DNA of 64,000 bases from assembly GCA_052426225.1 (NCBI GenBank), contig JBNJNM010000011.1:4898001-4962000 (forward strand), written 5' to 3'. A program made the position numbers and the translations under genes. This stretch comes from Zancudomyces culisetae HAW-14-8. Lineage: Eukaryota; Fungi; Kickxellomycota. Position 1 is the first letter of the stretch, and each line of letters opens with the position of its first letter. Below are positions 22,926 to 34,634 of this stretch, piece after piece. The notes beneath the pieces were generated by a model. The model saw nothing but the letters and a program-made list of their open reading frames with translations. It was not told the DNA's origin and ran no database searches.

Positions 22926-25006
22926 GTTTTATATTTTATATATTATATTTTATCTATCTTTTGTTACTCTGTTTTTTCTATAATTTGATGAATAAATAAA
23001 TAATATTATAAAAATTTTAAAAATTTTAAATTCTGAAAAAAAAATTGAAAAAAAATGACGTGAGAAGAAATAGATTGAAACTTTAAGAAAAAATAAGAAA
23101 AAAAAAGCTATATTGTGGAAAGGAGTTGGAAAAGAGATGATAACAAACAATCTTTATAAAAGTCGGAATATTTGTAAAATCAAAATTACATAAAGGTAAA
23201 AACAAAAGACAAAAGGTTAAAAGCAACGAGCAAAAACCAAGAGCGCCTTTGATATTTTATTGGTTTTGTTAGATGTGGTAATATGGGAGGTTTTTGTGGA
23301 AATAATCAAAAATAGGGTTAAAAAGGTGTGTATTGTCACTTGTACTTTTTTCAGTATAATGAAAAAAAGAGAGACAAAAAAAGAAAAAAAGGAGAAAAAG
23401 AAAGGAGGCTTTGCAAGAATAAAAAATTATATATTGTTTTTACCCTTCCTTTTTTTTCTATTTTTTTTCTTGTTGGAAAAGCTAAAAGTAGATCAATGAT
23501 GCAAGGACATGAAAATAAAAGTGGAAAAAAACAAAAAAACAAAAACAAAAACCTAAAACAATAATATTTGGGATCAGAGCTCGGGAAAAAAAGAGGGAGG
23601 AGGTGATACAAACATTACTTTTTGTGGATGAAAATTTGTATGAGGAGGGGTAGTTTTTTAAATATAAAGATGTTTGCAGTGATAGGTATGAACGGAGAGG
23701 AGAGAAAGAGAAAGAGGTCTTGTGTTTTATCATATTTTCTTGATATGAGAATATGATGATATAGTTGTAAATGAATAATATTAAAAAAAAGCCATTACCA
23801 TCTCAAAAAGCTAGATAATGAAAAGGTGAAGCGAAAAGATATACATTAAATTAGTTTTTTTGTATTTTGGGTTGATTGCACAACGACCTTTAACTGAAAT
23901 TCAATCCCAACATACCTTGTAAAAAGAGAAAAAAGAAAAAAGAAAGAAAAGAGAGATAGAATGGATGTATATAAGTTTTGTAGGATTATAGTTAAGAAAT
24001 AGAGGTAACGAGGTATAATAGGAGTTATACATTATGCTGGGTTGGAAAAAAAAGAAAAGAAAAGAAACAGCGGTGTTATAATTAAAACACAAACATGTTT
24101 TTATTTGTTTTTGTTCTTCCATATTATGTATATTTTCTACTTTTATTAAATGTAAGGTACTACACGTAGTTTTTTAAAAGCTCAAACTAATGTCAACAAA
24201 AAAATAAACAATAATAGACTAGAGTACTTTATATACAACATATACATGTATTATATCGAGTGTATTATATTAAATTGTAATCTTATTTTTAGGGGCTATT
24301 TACAAGTCCGTATTGTAAAACAAAAAAATAAAATAAAAGATTTCTGATTACAGGAAAATAAGAGGAAGAAAAGGAAAATAGGAAAAAGGGAGTGGTGAGT
24401 GGTGTGGTGTGGTGTGGTGGAAGGCTAGATAATTGAACTTGCGATAAATTGTAAAATGGAAAATAAAGTAAATAAAGAAAAAATAGTTACGTGTGCAAAT
24501 AATTTGGAAAATATGTAGGAAATGTTTTAATTGTTTATATTTGCAAGGGGCAAAAGTAAAGAAAAAAAAAAGGAGAAAAAAAAAACAAGTATTATGGAAT
24601 ATAATAAACATAAATAAAGGTATTTGAAAAGTAAATTAAATTAATTAAAGGAAAAGGAAAGAGAAAGAGAAAGAGAAAGAGAAAAAAGTTTTAAAAGTAA
24701 AACAATTTAGAATTTTTAAAAAATTATACAATCAAAAGAATACATCACCTTGGCAGAGGCCGGGGCAATAGGACTGATAAAAGGGCTTTGTATAGAAAGT
24801 TTGGAGCAAGATTTGGCAGATTTGCAAGATGTAAGTTGAAAGATGATGGAAAATAACTGACAGAGTAACAAAATGAAATAAATGAAATGAATTAAAATGA
24901 AATAAAATAATAAATATAGCTGTTAAAAAGAGTAAAAAGAGGTACCAACGGGAATAAAGAAAAGAACAGAATTGTTCAAAAGATAGTTTGTACAATAGTT
25001 GGGGAA

Positions 25007-28000
25007 TTGAAAAGGGAGGATTTGGATTTGGAGAAACAAAAGATATATAGGGTTATTTTAGAGCAGGTAATAGGTGGGGTTACAAAGGAAATAAGAGACG
25101 GAAAGGATATAAAAGTACAAGATCAAGAGTTTGTAAATAGCTTGGGTAGAGGGATAGAGCTTGTGCATGGAAACAATAGTAACGAGTACAAGGAATATCA
25201 AACGTATTTACAGGGAATAGAGCAAAGAGAAAAAGTAAGAAAAAGAGAGATGGAACTGACAGAGATAGTATACCGAAGTGGTAAAGATAGATTTGGGACA
25301 GTGGAAGAAGCAGTCAAAACAATGCGGGAAGGAGCCAGAGCGTTGGGGATAGGCGCAGGAGTGGGAGGACAAGTGGATTTGAGCCGGGTGGTTACAGCAG
25401 AGGGCGTGGCACGGCTGATTAGGGAGATTGCAGGTCGTGAAGATAGAGCAGGAGAGTATTTGGAGACAAAGTTGGGAGAAGCGGTAGGAAGGATTTTGGA
25501 TGAGAATGGATGGGAGAATGTGGCAAGAGAGTTGGCGGGAAGGGGGGTGGAGGTTAATGGAGAAAAGGGAGCAGAGTTTATGATAAAGGTATGGGAAGAA
25601 GGAGTTAGGGTGAAGAATAGTGGAGGAGGGGGTAGACGTAGGATAGGATTTCCAGCAGGAGATATAGTTGAAGGGATCAAGGAAGGGGGCAAGAGACTTC
25701 GGTTTATTAGATATGTTTCGGCAGTAGCAGGCAGGAGAAAAAGGGAAGGAAAAGGGAGAAGCGTGATATTTGAGGCGGATGTGGGAGTGATAAGTGAGGG
25801 GGTAGAGGAGTATATGTATCAAATATACGAGGAGAGAGTGGAGGAGATGAGGAACAGCTTGTGGAATTCGGTAAAGGTATTGATAGCACTTACGCAACAG
25901 CTAGAGACAGAGAATGGGGGAGAGGCAATGGGACTGATTGAGCGGGCGAATGAAGAGGAGCGAGTGGTAGTGACGTTGGGGCTGATTCGGTTGAAGGTGC
26001 AGAGTGCAGTTCTGGTGAATCTTGTGCAGCATAATGTGCAAGAGTACCTGAGCCGGATAAATGGGGAGGATGAGGGGGAGTGGCAGGTGTTTTTTATGTT
26101 GTTGAGGTTGGTGGATAGTGCAATGGTGGTGACGATGTTGTGTGTACAGTATCGCAAGGCAAAAGGGATGGGGGGACGAGTGGTTCGACGAGCGCTGGAG
26201 GTATTGGAGCGGATTAATATGCAAGAGGAGGTGTTGATGCAGCCAAAGGGACAGGATGTGGGCAAGTTGGATTTTGTTTTGGAAGTGGCAGTGATAGCGG
26301 GTCGACGAGGATACGTGAGGTTTGAGGAGTGGTTTGTTGGGATGGTGAGTGAGTTGGGAATGGATATGGTGCATGCGGCGTTGGAGGTGTTGCAGCGTAA
26401 GATTGAGGGCAAAGGAGCGGGGTGGGGAGTGGAGGAGATGGAGACGGTGTTTTCAGGGTTGGGGCAGGTGGGAGTATCAGCAAACACGGCGTCAAAGTTG
26501 CGGGCATTGTATATGGACTATAGTGCACAGCGAGGGGAATTACAGCGGAATAGCGAGCCGGTGAGCGAAGGGGTGGTTGAGCAAGAGGCGGAGGGGCTGT
26601 TTCTAAAGTTGTACAAGGGAGAGATTAGTATAGAGCGGATGGTAGAGGAGTTGCTTGAGTTGCGGGATTCGGTGGAGCAGCATAAGAGGCGGGTATATGA
26701 GCATGCGGTGGAGTATCCAATAGAGGAATACAAGTTTTTGGAGAATTATCCAGATCGGGAGTTGCGGATAACAGGACGATTGGTAGGGCGGTTGTTGAAG
26801 GTGCGGATGTATACGGCACGACATGAGGCAGTAGTGGTGGGATTGGTGCAAACAGCGCTGCAGTCGGGGGTGGGTAGTAAGACATTTGAGTTTGGGATGG
26901 TGGCGGTGAGTGAGATGGTGGAAAGGTTGGAGAGCTGGCCAGGATTTTGTGTATGTGTGAATGAACTTGGAGCAGTAGTACAAAAGTTGCCTGCGGTTGG
27001 TAAGGCGATTAAAGAGATAATAAGGCGGCATGTGAGTAGTCAGAATGCGGGAGGAAAGAATATGATTGGAGGAGCTGGGATAGGAATGGGAGGAATGGGG
27101 ATGGGAATAGGAATGGGAGGAATAGGAATAGGAGGAATAGGAATAGGAGGAGTGGGGACGTATATGAAGAGAAAAGGGACAGCGAAAAGTATGCAAGATG
27201 AAGAAGTTCCAGAAAGTGTAAGGGATAAAATACAATTTGCAATCAATAATATTACGACGGTGAATTTTGATACAAAGATCAAGGAGATACAAAGCGCGTT
27301 TGAAGAGAGGTATAGTGGGTGGATAAGTAATGTGATAGTTCGACGAGCAGCACAGGAACTGAACTATCAAGATGTATATCAGCGGATTGTGGAGAGTTTG
27401 GAGCGGCTGGATAACGACAATGTGATGGGAGAGACGTTGGTGGCAATTGGACGGTTGTTGGCGGCAGAGGGAACAGCAAACAGTTCACGCGATCGGACGC
27501 AGTTGGGAAATCTGGGGACATGGTTGGGAGGACTGACGCTTGCGAAAGACCGACCGTTGTTGCGGTCGGATATATATCTGAAGGGGTTGTTGATGCAGGG
27601 AGCGCACAGTGGGCGGTTGATAGTGGCGATTCCGTTTGTGTGTAAAGTGTTGAAGCAGGCGGCAGGGTCACAGGTGTTTAGGCCACCGAATCCATGGTTG
27701 ATGCGGCAGTTGGCAGTGCTTGCAGAGTTGTATACGACGGCCGAGTTGAAGCTGAATTTGAAATTTGAGATTGAAGTGTTGTGTCGAGCGTTGAATGTAG
27801 ACATTAAAGACATTTCACCGTCGCAGTTATTGGTTCGGGGGCAGCCAGGAAGCGGAGGATACATGGCGCTAGGCAGTGTAGGTGGTGGAGGCAATCTGAA
27901 GAGTAGCAATAGTAGCAATGTCAATGTTATTGGAGCAAGCGGGGGCATTCCAGCGCTTTGTGCGGCAGATCTTAGTATTGATATAGTAGGAGCATTGATG

Positions 28001-31000
28001 CAGCATGCACAGTTTAACAGTGTTGGAGGGTTGTTTAACAGCAATCAACAGCAGCAGTTTGTTGGGTTTAAAAAGCTGTTTTATGGATTGGTGGAGAGGT
28101 ATCTACAGGAAATCATTCCAGGACATATTGCACGGGCAGTGCATGTGGCAACGACAGCAACAGCGGACACAGTGCATCGAGACTTTTGTGGAGAGCCTAG
28201 TGAGGATAAGCTACATCGAGCGATGCAGTTGATGGTTCGGAGTGTTGCAGGAGCGCTGGTGGTGGCGTTGAGTCGAGAGGCGCTGAAGAGCAAGTTGTAT
28301 GTGGCGATGCGGGAGTGGCTGTTGAGCGAAGCGCTGCCAGAGAATGTGGCGACACAGTTGGCGGCGGGGTTGGTGGGAGAGAATTTGGATTTGGTGTGTG
28401 CAATTGCTGAGAAGGAGGCGATTGAGCGAGCATCGATTCAGATTGATCAATTGTTTTCTGACAGTTTACAGGCACGGAAACGCATGCGGGAACGGACAGG
28501 GCAGCCATTTTATGATTTGGGAGTCCATGCGGCGTTGGTTTATCCGCCAGATTGTCCAGACACTTTGCGCATTAAACTGAGTTCGGTTCCTAGCGGTGTG
28601 TTGAGTGTATATGAGGACTTTGCAGCGATTGCTCGTTTTCCATCTCAGATAGATGCGGCAGTGTTGGATTCTGATGCGATTGTTCATAACCTGTACATTC
28701 TTTTGGCTGAAATGGATCGGTTGGCAACAACTGCTGGTACTGGTACGTCTCTATCGACTCTGCCTCAACATCACCAACTACGGCTTTATGTCAAGCAAAT
28801 GGTAATGTTGTTGGGCAAGCTGGCTGCTCGTGCTGATTCCGCGAGTTTGGCTGATTTCTGTAAGGCTTTACTGCACTACTTGCTGGGTTGTGATTCGCGG
28901 CTGGCTTTGGAATTGTATATTTTTGTGTTGACTAAACTGTTTCAAACTGGCATAGCCTTGGCAAGAGAATTGACGAGACAGTTGGGTCATCTTAAATTGC
29001 ATTTGTCTTGCAACGTTTCTTTGACTCTGTCGTTGCTGAGTGAGGGTTTGTTGAATATATCACAATTTGATTTCCAACTATCCAAGGCTCTTTTGGATAC
29101 TTCACTTTCTTCATCTTCTAAACCTGCTGTAATCCGTTTTGCTACTGGTTTACTAACCACAGCTATTATTGAACAGTCCGTTGCTGCTCATCCAAACGAT
29201 TTTGCTTCAACCATTGATGCTTTGACCAAACTGGCTTCTTCTAACAAATCTCTTGCTGCTTTTCTTTCAATTTTGTCATCCAGCGGACTCGGTTTTATTG
29301 CCTTCAACAATAACAATACCAATTCTATCTCAAACAATTCTGTTACTACTAAATACAGAGACTTTTTGTTATCCTTTATGCATACTGGTATCTTGCCTCC
29401 TCCTCCCTTTGACTCTCTTTCTTCTCCTGATCTGTTTTCCTTTTTATCTTATCTTGCCTCACTTCTTGCCGACTCTCAACAATTATTCGAACTCTTCTCA
29501 CTATTCTCCTCTGCCTCTGCCTCTGCCTCTTCTTCATCTTTGTCTTCATCATCATCATCATCATCATCATTGTATTTGGTTATTGATTCGATTGCAAAAC
29601 TACTTGTTCGACTAACTGCCAATTCTTCAGTTGCTGTATTTGATTTGTTTTTGAAGACTTTGTTGTCTTCAGATTCTCATTTCTCCGATGGCGGTGCTTT
29701 CCAATCCTCAAACAAACACTATTTCCGTCTATTTGCCATGCTGCTTGATCAACTACAATCCAACAGTGCGTATTCTCACATTCAACTACCTTGTCTTGTG
29801 TTGTTGGCCAAGACTCTTTACTGTATCAATCCAACCAAATGTCCTGGCTTTAGCTTTTCATGGTTGGCCTTGATTTCTCATCGATTGTTCCTTCCTGTTT
29901 TGCTAGACAACAAACTTACCTGGCCGGTTGTAGAGCGTCTGCTGGTTTTGTTGTTTGAGTCTCTGAATCCGTTTATTGACAAGGGAATTGTCACTGATTC
30001 GCTGTGTTTGATGTATCGCGGTTCTGTACGGCTAATGTTGGCTATCCTGCACGACTATCCGGATTTTTTGGCTGATCATTTCTTTGCTCTTACCTGTGCC
30101 ATCCCTGCAAGTTGTATTCAAACCCGCAATTTGGTTCTGTGTGCCTTTTCCAATTCCTTGGTTCTACCTGAACCTCTGACTCCCAATCTCAATCTTTCTG
30201 TTGGTCCAATAGCTGCGCTGTTTGATCTTCCTCCAAGAATTGCTTCGGATTATTATTCTGTTTTAATCCGTTATGGTTTATTGGATCCTTTAAATCGTCA
30301 CATTTCTTCTTCTTCATCAAACAATTCTGATAATGTGATACCTTTGATTTTGGATATCTTTGGTGCTCAACTATCCGAAAATGTTACTTCTTTACCCGAA
30401 CTCAAATCCTTGCGTATCGATGCTCATCCAATCTACGATGTCAACTTGATCCATTCTATCGTTATGCATTTGTTGGTACTTGGTTGTGGTGCAATCTTTC
30501 CACCTCATTTCCCTTCACTTTTGCCTCTTGAATCTGCTTCTGTTGAGTATAATCCAAACAACTACAAATCTTCCGTATCCGAGTTAATATCCGACTTGGT
30601 ACGTTCTGTAAATGCCGAGTTGGCGTATTTGATAGTTTCGAGTTTGGCGAATCATTTGCGGTTCCCCTCGACACATAGCAAGTTTGTATCCAATCTCTTG
30701 ATAAGCATGTTTTTCGAGGATGATCAAGATGGTGGTGGTGAGAGCAAAAAAAATAAAAGTGTTGGTGTTGGTGTTGGTGGAGGGTATGATATACGTGAGG
30801 TTATAGCTCGGTGTTTGTTGGAGCGTATTTTGGTTAATAGACCATTCCCTTGGTACTTGATTGTAACCATTACTAGTTTATTCTCTCGACATGCTGGTAC
30901 CAATTCTTCTAATATTGGTAGTGGTAGTGGTAGTGGTAATGATTTCATGTCGTATTTTGAACAAAAGTATTCATCTAATATTGCCAATAGTAATATCAAT

Positions 31001-31630
31001 TCAAATGAAAACTTTTCAACAACAACAACAACAACAGGCACTACAACAGGTAATGGTAATAGTAATAGTAATAGTGGCAGTGTTAATGGAAATTTGGATG
31101 TTTTGGTTTTGGATTTGATTTCTGCTGTAGCAAATTCAATTGGGTGTGCTGAATTCCCTGGTACTTCTAATACCAATTCTAATACCAATAACAATAACAA
31201 TAGTAACACAAATGTTACTAATAATCCCGGTGCGGGTACTGGTGTAGGTGTAGGCTTTGTAGGAAATCAGAATACAGGTATGGGAATGGGGATGGGGATG
31301 GGAATGGGAATGGGAGGAATGAATATGGGTGGTGGTATGGGTATGGGTGGGATGAATGGGGGGATGGGTGGTGGTATAAATGCAATGAACATGAACATGA
31401 ATATGAATGTGGGTATGAATGGAGGGATGGGTGGTGGTGGTGGTGGTATGAATGCGATGAATATGAATGCAATGAATATGGGTATGAATATAGGTGGTGG
31501 AATAAGTGGTGTGAGTGGGATGGGTAATGTAGGAGGAATGGGGATTGTCGGCGGTAATGGTAATAGTTCTGGTACTGTTGCTGGTACTGGAAATGTTAAT
31601 GTTGTAGGAGGAGGAGGTGATGGGTTATAA
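25007..31630 (+). CDS. NOT1: CCR4-NOT scaffold subunit Not1 (main exon; true 5' end lies in unresolved upstream exons)
   Basis: Motifs NYPDRELRITG, DKIQFAINN, VFRPPNPW, LKLNLKFEIEVLC, RDFCGEPSEDKLH, PGFSFSWLALISHR, LHDYPDFL and LLERILVNRPFPW. The listed start is TTG. A probable upstream exon near 24739-24830 ends at GAT/GTAAG, but the ATG was not located. Confidence 0.93.
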   Translation: MKREDLDLEKQKIYRVILEQVIGGVTKEIRDGKDIKVQDQEFVNSLGRGIELVHGNNSNEYKEYQTYLQGIEQREKVRKREMELTEIVYRSGKDRFGTVEEAVKTMREGARALGIGAGVGGQVDLSRVVTAEGVARLIREIAGREDRAGEYLETKLGEAVGRILDENGWENVARELAGRGVEVNGEKGAEFMIKVWEEGVRVKNSGGGGRRRIGFPAGDIVEGIKEGGKRLRFIRYVSAVAGRRKREGKGRSVIFEADVGVISEGVEEYMYQIYEERVEEMRNSLWNSVKVLIALTQQLETENGGEAMGLIERANEEERVVVTLGLIRLKVQSAVLVNLVQHNVQEYLSRINGEDEGEWQVFFMLLRLVDSAMVVTMLCVQYRKAKGMGGRVVRRALEVLERINMQEEVLMQPKGQDVGKLDFVLEVAVIAGRRGYVRFEEWFVGMVSELGMDMVHAALEVLQRKIEGKGAGWGVEEMETVFSGLGQVGVSANTASKLRALYMDYSAQRGELQRNSEPVSEGVVEQEAEGLFLKLYKGEISIERMVEELLELRDSVEQHKRRVYEHAVEYPIEEYKFLENYPDRELRITGRLVGRLLKVRMYTARHEAVVVGLVQTALQSGVGSKTFEFGMVAVSEMVERLESWPGFCVCVNELGAVVQKLPAVGKAIKEIIRRHVSSQNAGGKNMIGGAGIGMGGMGMGIGMGGIGIGGIGIGGVGTYMKRKGTAKSMQDEEVPESVRDKIQFAINNITTVNFDTKIKEIQSAFEERYSGWISNVIVRRAAQELNYQDVYQRIVESLERLDNDNVMGETLVAIGRLLAAEGTANSSRDRTQLGNLGTWLGGLTLAKDRPLLRSDIYLKGLLMQGAHSGRLIVAIPFVCKVLKQAAGSQVFRPPNPWLMRQLAVLAELYTTAELKLNLKFEIEVLCRALNVDIKDISPSQLLVRGQPGSGGYMALGSVGGGGNLKSSNSSNVNVIGASGGIPALCAADLSIDIVGALMQHAQFNSVGGLFNSNQQQQFVGFKKLFYGLVERYLQEIIPGHIARAVHVATTATADTVHRDFCGEPSEDKLHRAMQLMVRSVAGALVVALSREALKSKLYVAMREWLLSEALPENVATQLAAGLVGENLDLVCAIAEKEAIERASIQIDQLFSDSLQARKRMRERTGQPFYDLGVHAALVYPPDCPDTLRIKLSSVPSGVLSVYEDFAAIARFPSQIDAAVLDSDAIVHNLYILLAEMDRLATTAGTGTSLSTLPQHHQLRLYVKQMVMLLGKLAARADSASLADFCKALLHYLLGCDSRLALELYIFVLTKLFQTGIALARELTRQLGHLKLHLSCNVSLTLSLLSEGLLNISQFDFQLSKALLDTSLSSSSKPAVIRFATGLLTTAIIEQSVAAHPNDFASTIDALTKLASSNKSLAAFLSILSSSGLGFIAFNNNNTNSISNNSVTTKYRDFLLSFMHTGILPPPPFDSLSSPDLFSFLSYLASLLADSQQLFELFSLFSSASASASSSSLSSSSSSSSSLYLVIDSIAKLLVRLTANSSVAVFDLFLKTLLSSDSHFSDGGAFQSSNKHYFRLFAMLLDQLQSNSAYSHIQLPCLVLLAKTLYCINPTKCPGFSFSWLALISHRLFLPVLLDNKLTWPVVERLLVLLFESLNPFIDKGIVTDSLCLMYRGSVRLMLAILHDYPDFLADHFFALTCAIPASCIQTRNLVLCAFSNSLVLPEPLTPNLNLSVGPIAALFDLPPRIASDYYSVLIRYGLLDPLNRHISSSSSNNSDNVIPLILDIFGAQLSENVTSLPELKSLRIDAHPIYDVNLIHSIVMHLLVLGCGAIFPPHFPSLLPLESASVEYNPNNYKSSVSELISDLVRSVNAELAYLIVSSLANHLRFPSTHSKFVSNLLISMFFEDDQDGGGESKKNKSVGVGVGGGYDIREVIARCLLERILVNRPFPWYLIVTITSLFSRHAGTNSSNIGSGSGSGNDFMSYFEQKYSSNIANSNINSNENFSTTTTTTGTTTGNGNSNSNSGSVNGNLDVLVLDLISAVANSIGCAEFPGTSNTNSNTNNNNNSNTNVTNNPGAGTGVGVGFVGNQNTGMGMGMGMGMGMGGMNMGGGMGMGGMNGGMGGGINAMNMNMNMNVGMNGGMGGGGGGMNAMNMNAMNMGMNIGGGISGVSGMGNVGGMGIVGGNGNSSGTVAGTGNVNVVGGGGDGL

Positions 31631-31990
31631 TTTATTTTTACTTTATTTCATTTTATTATATTCTATTTTTACTCGATTTTGTTAATAAAGATGGTTAATG
31701 AAAAGAAAAAATGAAAAATGATAATGAAAATGTAGAGATTGTTTGAACAAGCAGGGAGATAGGTGAGAAGGAAGGAGGATGGTAAAGAAAGATAGGCTCA
31801 TTATATTATTTATTTTTGGATGTTTGGAACAAAATAAATAAAATAAAAAAGGAGTAATCGGATAAATTGCAAATGATAAAAATATCCGGCAAATGGAAAA
31901 AACACAAGTCTAATTATATAATGATAAAAGAGAAGTAATGATTGGAGAATAAATTAATCTGTAGAATATAAACAAAAATCAAAAGAAAAA

Positions 31991-32260
31991 ACGAGAAAAC
32001 GAGAAAACGAGAAAACGAGAAAATGAAAAACACGAAAATCTGGCAATTTAAAAAAAGAAAGAAAAGTATGAAAAAAAAAAGTAAAAAAAACGTTTTGTAT
32101 TGATTCATTGATTGATTGATTGATTGAATTGATTGGCTTGCTATTGATTGATTGAATTGAATTGAATTGGGTAGATGAATGGTTGGATGGATGGATGAAT
32201 AGATTTATTTTTATAACATTTTTGCAAGAATGGTTGAGGTAGGTAGGTAGGTAGGTATGT
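31991..32260. repeat. Microsatellite cluster: (ACGAGAAA)4, (GATT)n, (AATTG)n, (GGAT)n, (GGTA)n
   Basis: Directly visible in the NOT1-CHS7 intergenic region. Confidence 0.85.
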
Positions 32261-33301
32261 ATGTAAAGGCTTGGTTTGTAGAAAAGTACAAGGTGAAATT
32301 GAAATTCTTTATTATTGCATTTTTTTAATTTTTTTTTAGGTGGTTTGGAAAAAAAACAAAGAAAGAAGGAAAAGTACGCCAAAATATTTGGAAACAAAAA
32401 TAAAAGTTGGAATTTAGTAATCAGTAATTAGTAATTCCTTGCCAACTTTTTTTCTCCCTCAATTTTATCTAAATCCTACTATTTTCCCCTTCTTTCTCTC
32501 TTCCTTCCTCTCTCCATCTCCCTCTCTCCATCTCCCTCTCACTGTTTCTGTCTCTGTCTCTATTCTTTCCAAAATATATACACATGTATACATATACATT
32601 TTATTTTATAATTATAGTTATAGTTATAGTTATAATCGAGAAAAACTATCGAGATTTATGTTTTTTTTTATGTAACAATAGGATTTTTTTTTTTTTATTT
32701 GCAAGTTTTAGGTTGTTTGATAATAATAGTTTGGTTCCCCCTCCCCCTCCCCCCTATCTTTTTTTTTGTCATTTTTTTTTTCTCGTTTTGAAAAGGTAAA
32801 AAAAATAAACACACGTTCGTTTTTAGATTTTATTTTATCCAGTTTCAATATTCATTATTCCCACTCTACTCTTATTCCTCGCTACTCTACTCTACTCTAC
32901 TCTACTCTACTATAATCTATATTTATTTATTTATCTAGATTTCTAGGTTTTAAGGAGTGATTTTTTTTTGGTTTTTATTTGGTTTATATTTTTGGTTTTT
33001 ATTTTTGGTTTTTGGTTTTATAATATAGGAAAGAAGAGTTGAAATAATATTATTAGTACAACAATTACAATTACTAGTACTAGTACTATTAATCTCTCTT
33101 TATTTATCAATTGTTTTATTTTTATTTCACTATATTTTGTTTTATTTTATTTTAAAAGATAGAGTAAAAACAAATTCGAATTATATACATCTTATATTTG
33201 AATTTACACTTTACTTTTCTCTTTTCTCCTTTCTTTTTTTTTTTTACCTTTAACAAACAAACTCAGGTAAATAGAAACTTTTTAAAGGGGGGAGGTGGAA
33301 A

Positions 33302-34634
33302 ATGACGAATTGGTTTGGAAATTTCGATTATATTTGTACTAATGGCGACTTGCCAGTCTGTCAAATCTTCAAGGCGGCAACTACGCCTAAATGTACACTT
33401 TCGAGTTATAAAGTCGGATCAGCAAAGATTCTTGATATAAGTAAGTCTCTCTTCATCTCTTTCTCTTTTTCTTTCTCTTTCTCTTTTTTACAAACATTTA
33501 TTTATATTTAATAATAATATATATAGGTAATTTTGTTGTTACTATTATTTCGACCTTGTTTGTAATCATTTTGGCAATTAAAGCGAACAACAAAAAGGCT
33601 GCAGTAGGCAAGTATTTCTTTTTCCTTCTTTCTTTACTTCCTTATTGATTTAAAATATAAATAGCAAGATATAAATTTATTCAATTTTTTTTTTTGGTTC
33701 TTGGTTACTAATGTTGAGGAGGGGTATTCATTATAGGTAGGAGAGAAATGTGCATTTTGCTATGTTCCATAGTACTTTTCAATTTCTTTAATTTATTAAG
33801 CTGGACTATGAAACTTGGTGGTAATCAAGATGATGTAAGTCTTTTATATATTGAATATATGTTTTTCTTACTTCTTTATTTCTTTTTTTCTTTGCTTTAA
33901 TGGATATACTACCGAATTATAACAATAGTGGTATTATATTGCGAGTATTGCGACTACTAGTATGATTACTTGGGCACTCTTGTTTTTCGGGTTTGTAGGC
34001 AAGTCGATAATCGTATTTACATTCATATTTACATTCATATTTACGTATATTCATATGTAATATAACATAATATTGATTACTACAAAGTTCTATAAATAGA
34101 CAAAATGAAAACAAAATCCAATGAATGAATGAATAAATGAATAAATAAATAGGATTTCAAATAATTCCGGATGGGTCAATGTTTTCAGTTGGCCTAATGC
34201 TGATAATCATGGGAATAGCGCTGGCATTCCCTGGGTATTTGGCGGCGGATATAATGTTTGATGTGACGAATACATTTACCATCAATACACAAAAGGCACC
34301 AACACAGTCCATAGCGCTGTACCTGCTAACCATAGTGATTCCAATATTTGCAGTGTTGTGTTTTGTGACTACACAGACGATTATAGTAAGCAAGTTTTTG
34401 GCGGTGCGCAAGCCGCTGGTGTGGCTATATGCTGGAGCGGTGATACTTGTGGCTGGAGGGATATTGTTTGGAATGGTTTTTGGTGCTGACATATGTAAAT
34501 CCACCAGTAAGAATGTGGATGGTGCTATGTTTGTTACGCTTTGTTTTACCATTGCTGTATATTCCGTATATAGATTCTGGAATGATATTACAGAAGATGA
34601 AGTAGATGAATTTGCTGTAATGTACAAGGTTTAG
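33302..34634 (+). CDS. CHS7: Chitin synthase export chaperone Chs7, 5 exons
   Basis: Exons 33302-33440, 33527-33607, 33737-33834, 33929-33998 and 34153-34634 splice in frame. Motifs FGNFDYIC...LPVC, KKAAVGRREM, GFVGFQIIPDGS, IC...VDGAMF and FWNDITEDE; multi-TM. Confidence 0.88.

Noticed and set aside
23753-23897. ATGATGA...CTGA pair suggestive of a C/D snoRNA upstream of NOT1
   Set aside because: No recognisable rRNA-complementary guide or terminal stem, and such boxes arise by chance in AT-rich DNA.
25198-28687. Many long antisense ORFs opposite NOT1 (likewise opposite the nucleoporin, EDC4, RPL23 and the repeat proteins)
   Set aside because: These are shadow ORFs caused by strong compositional skew and codon periodicity. 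The products are low-complexity with no motifs.
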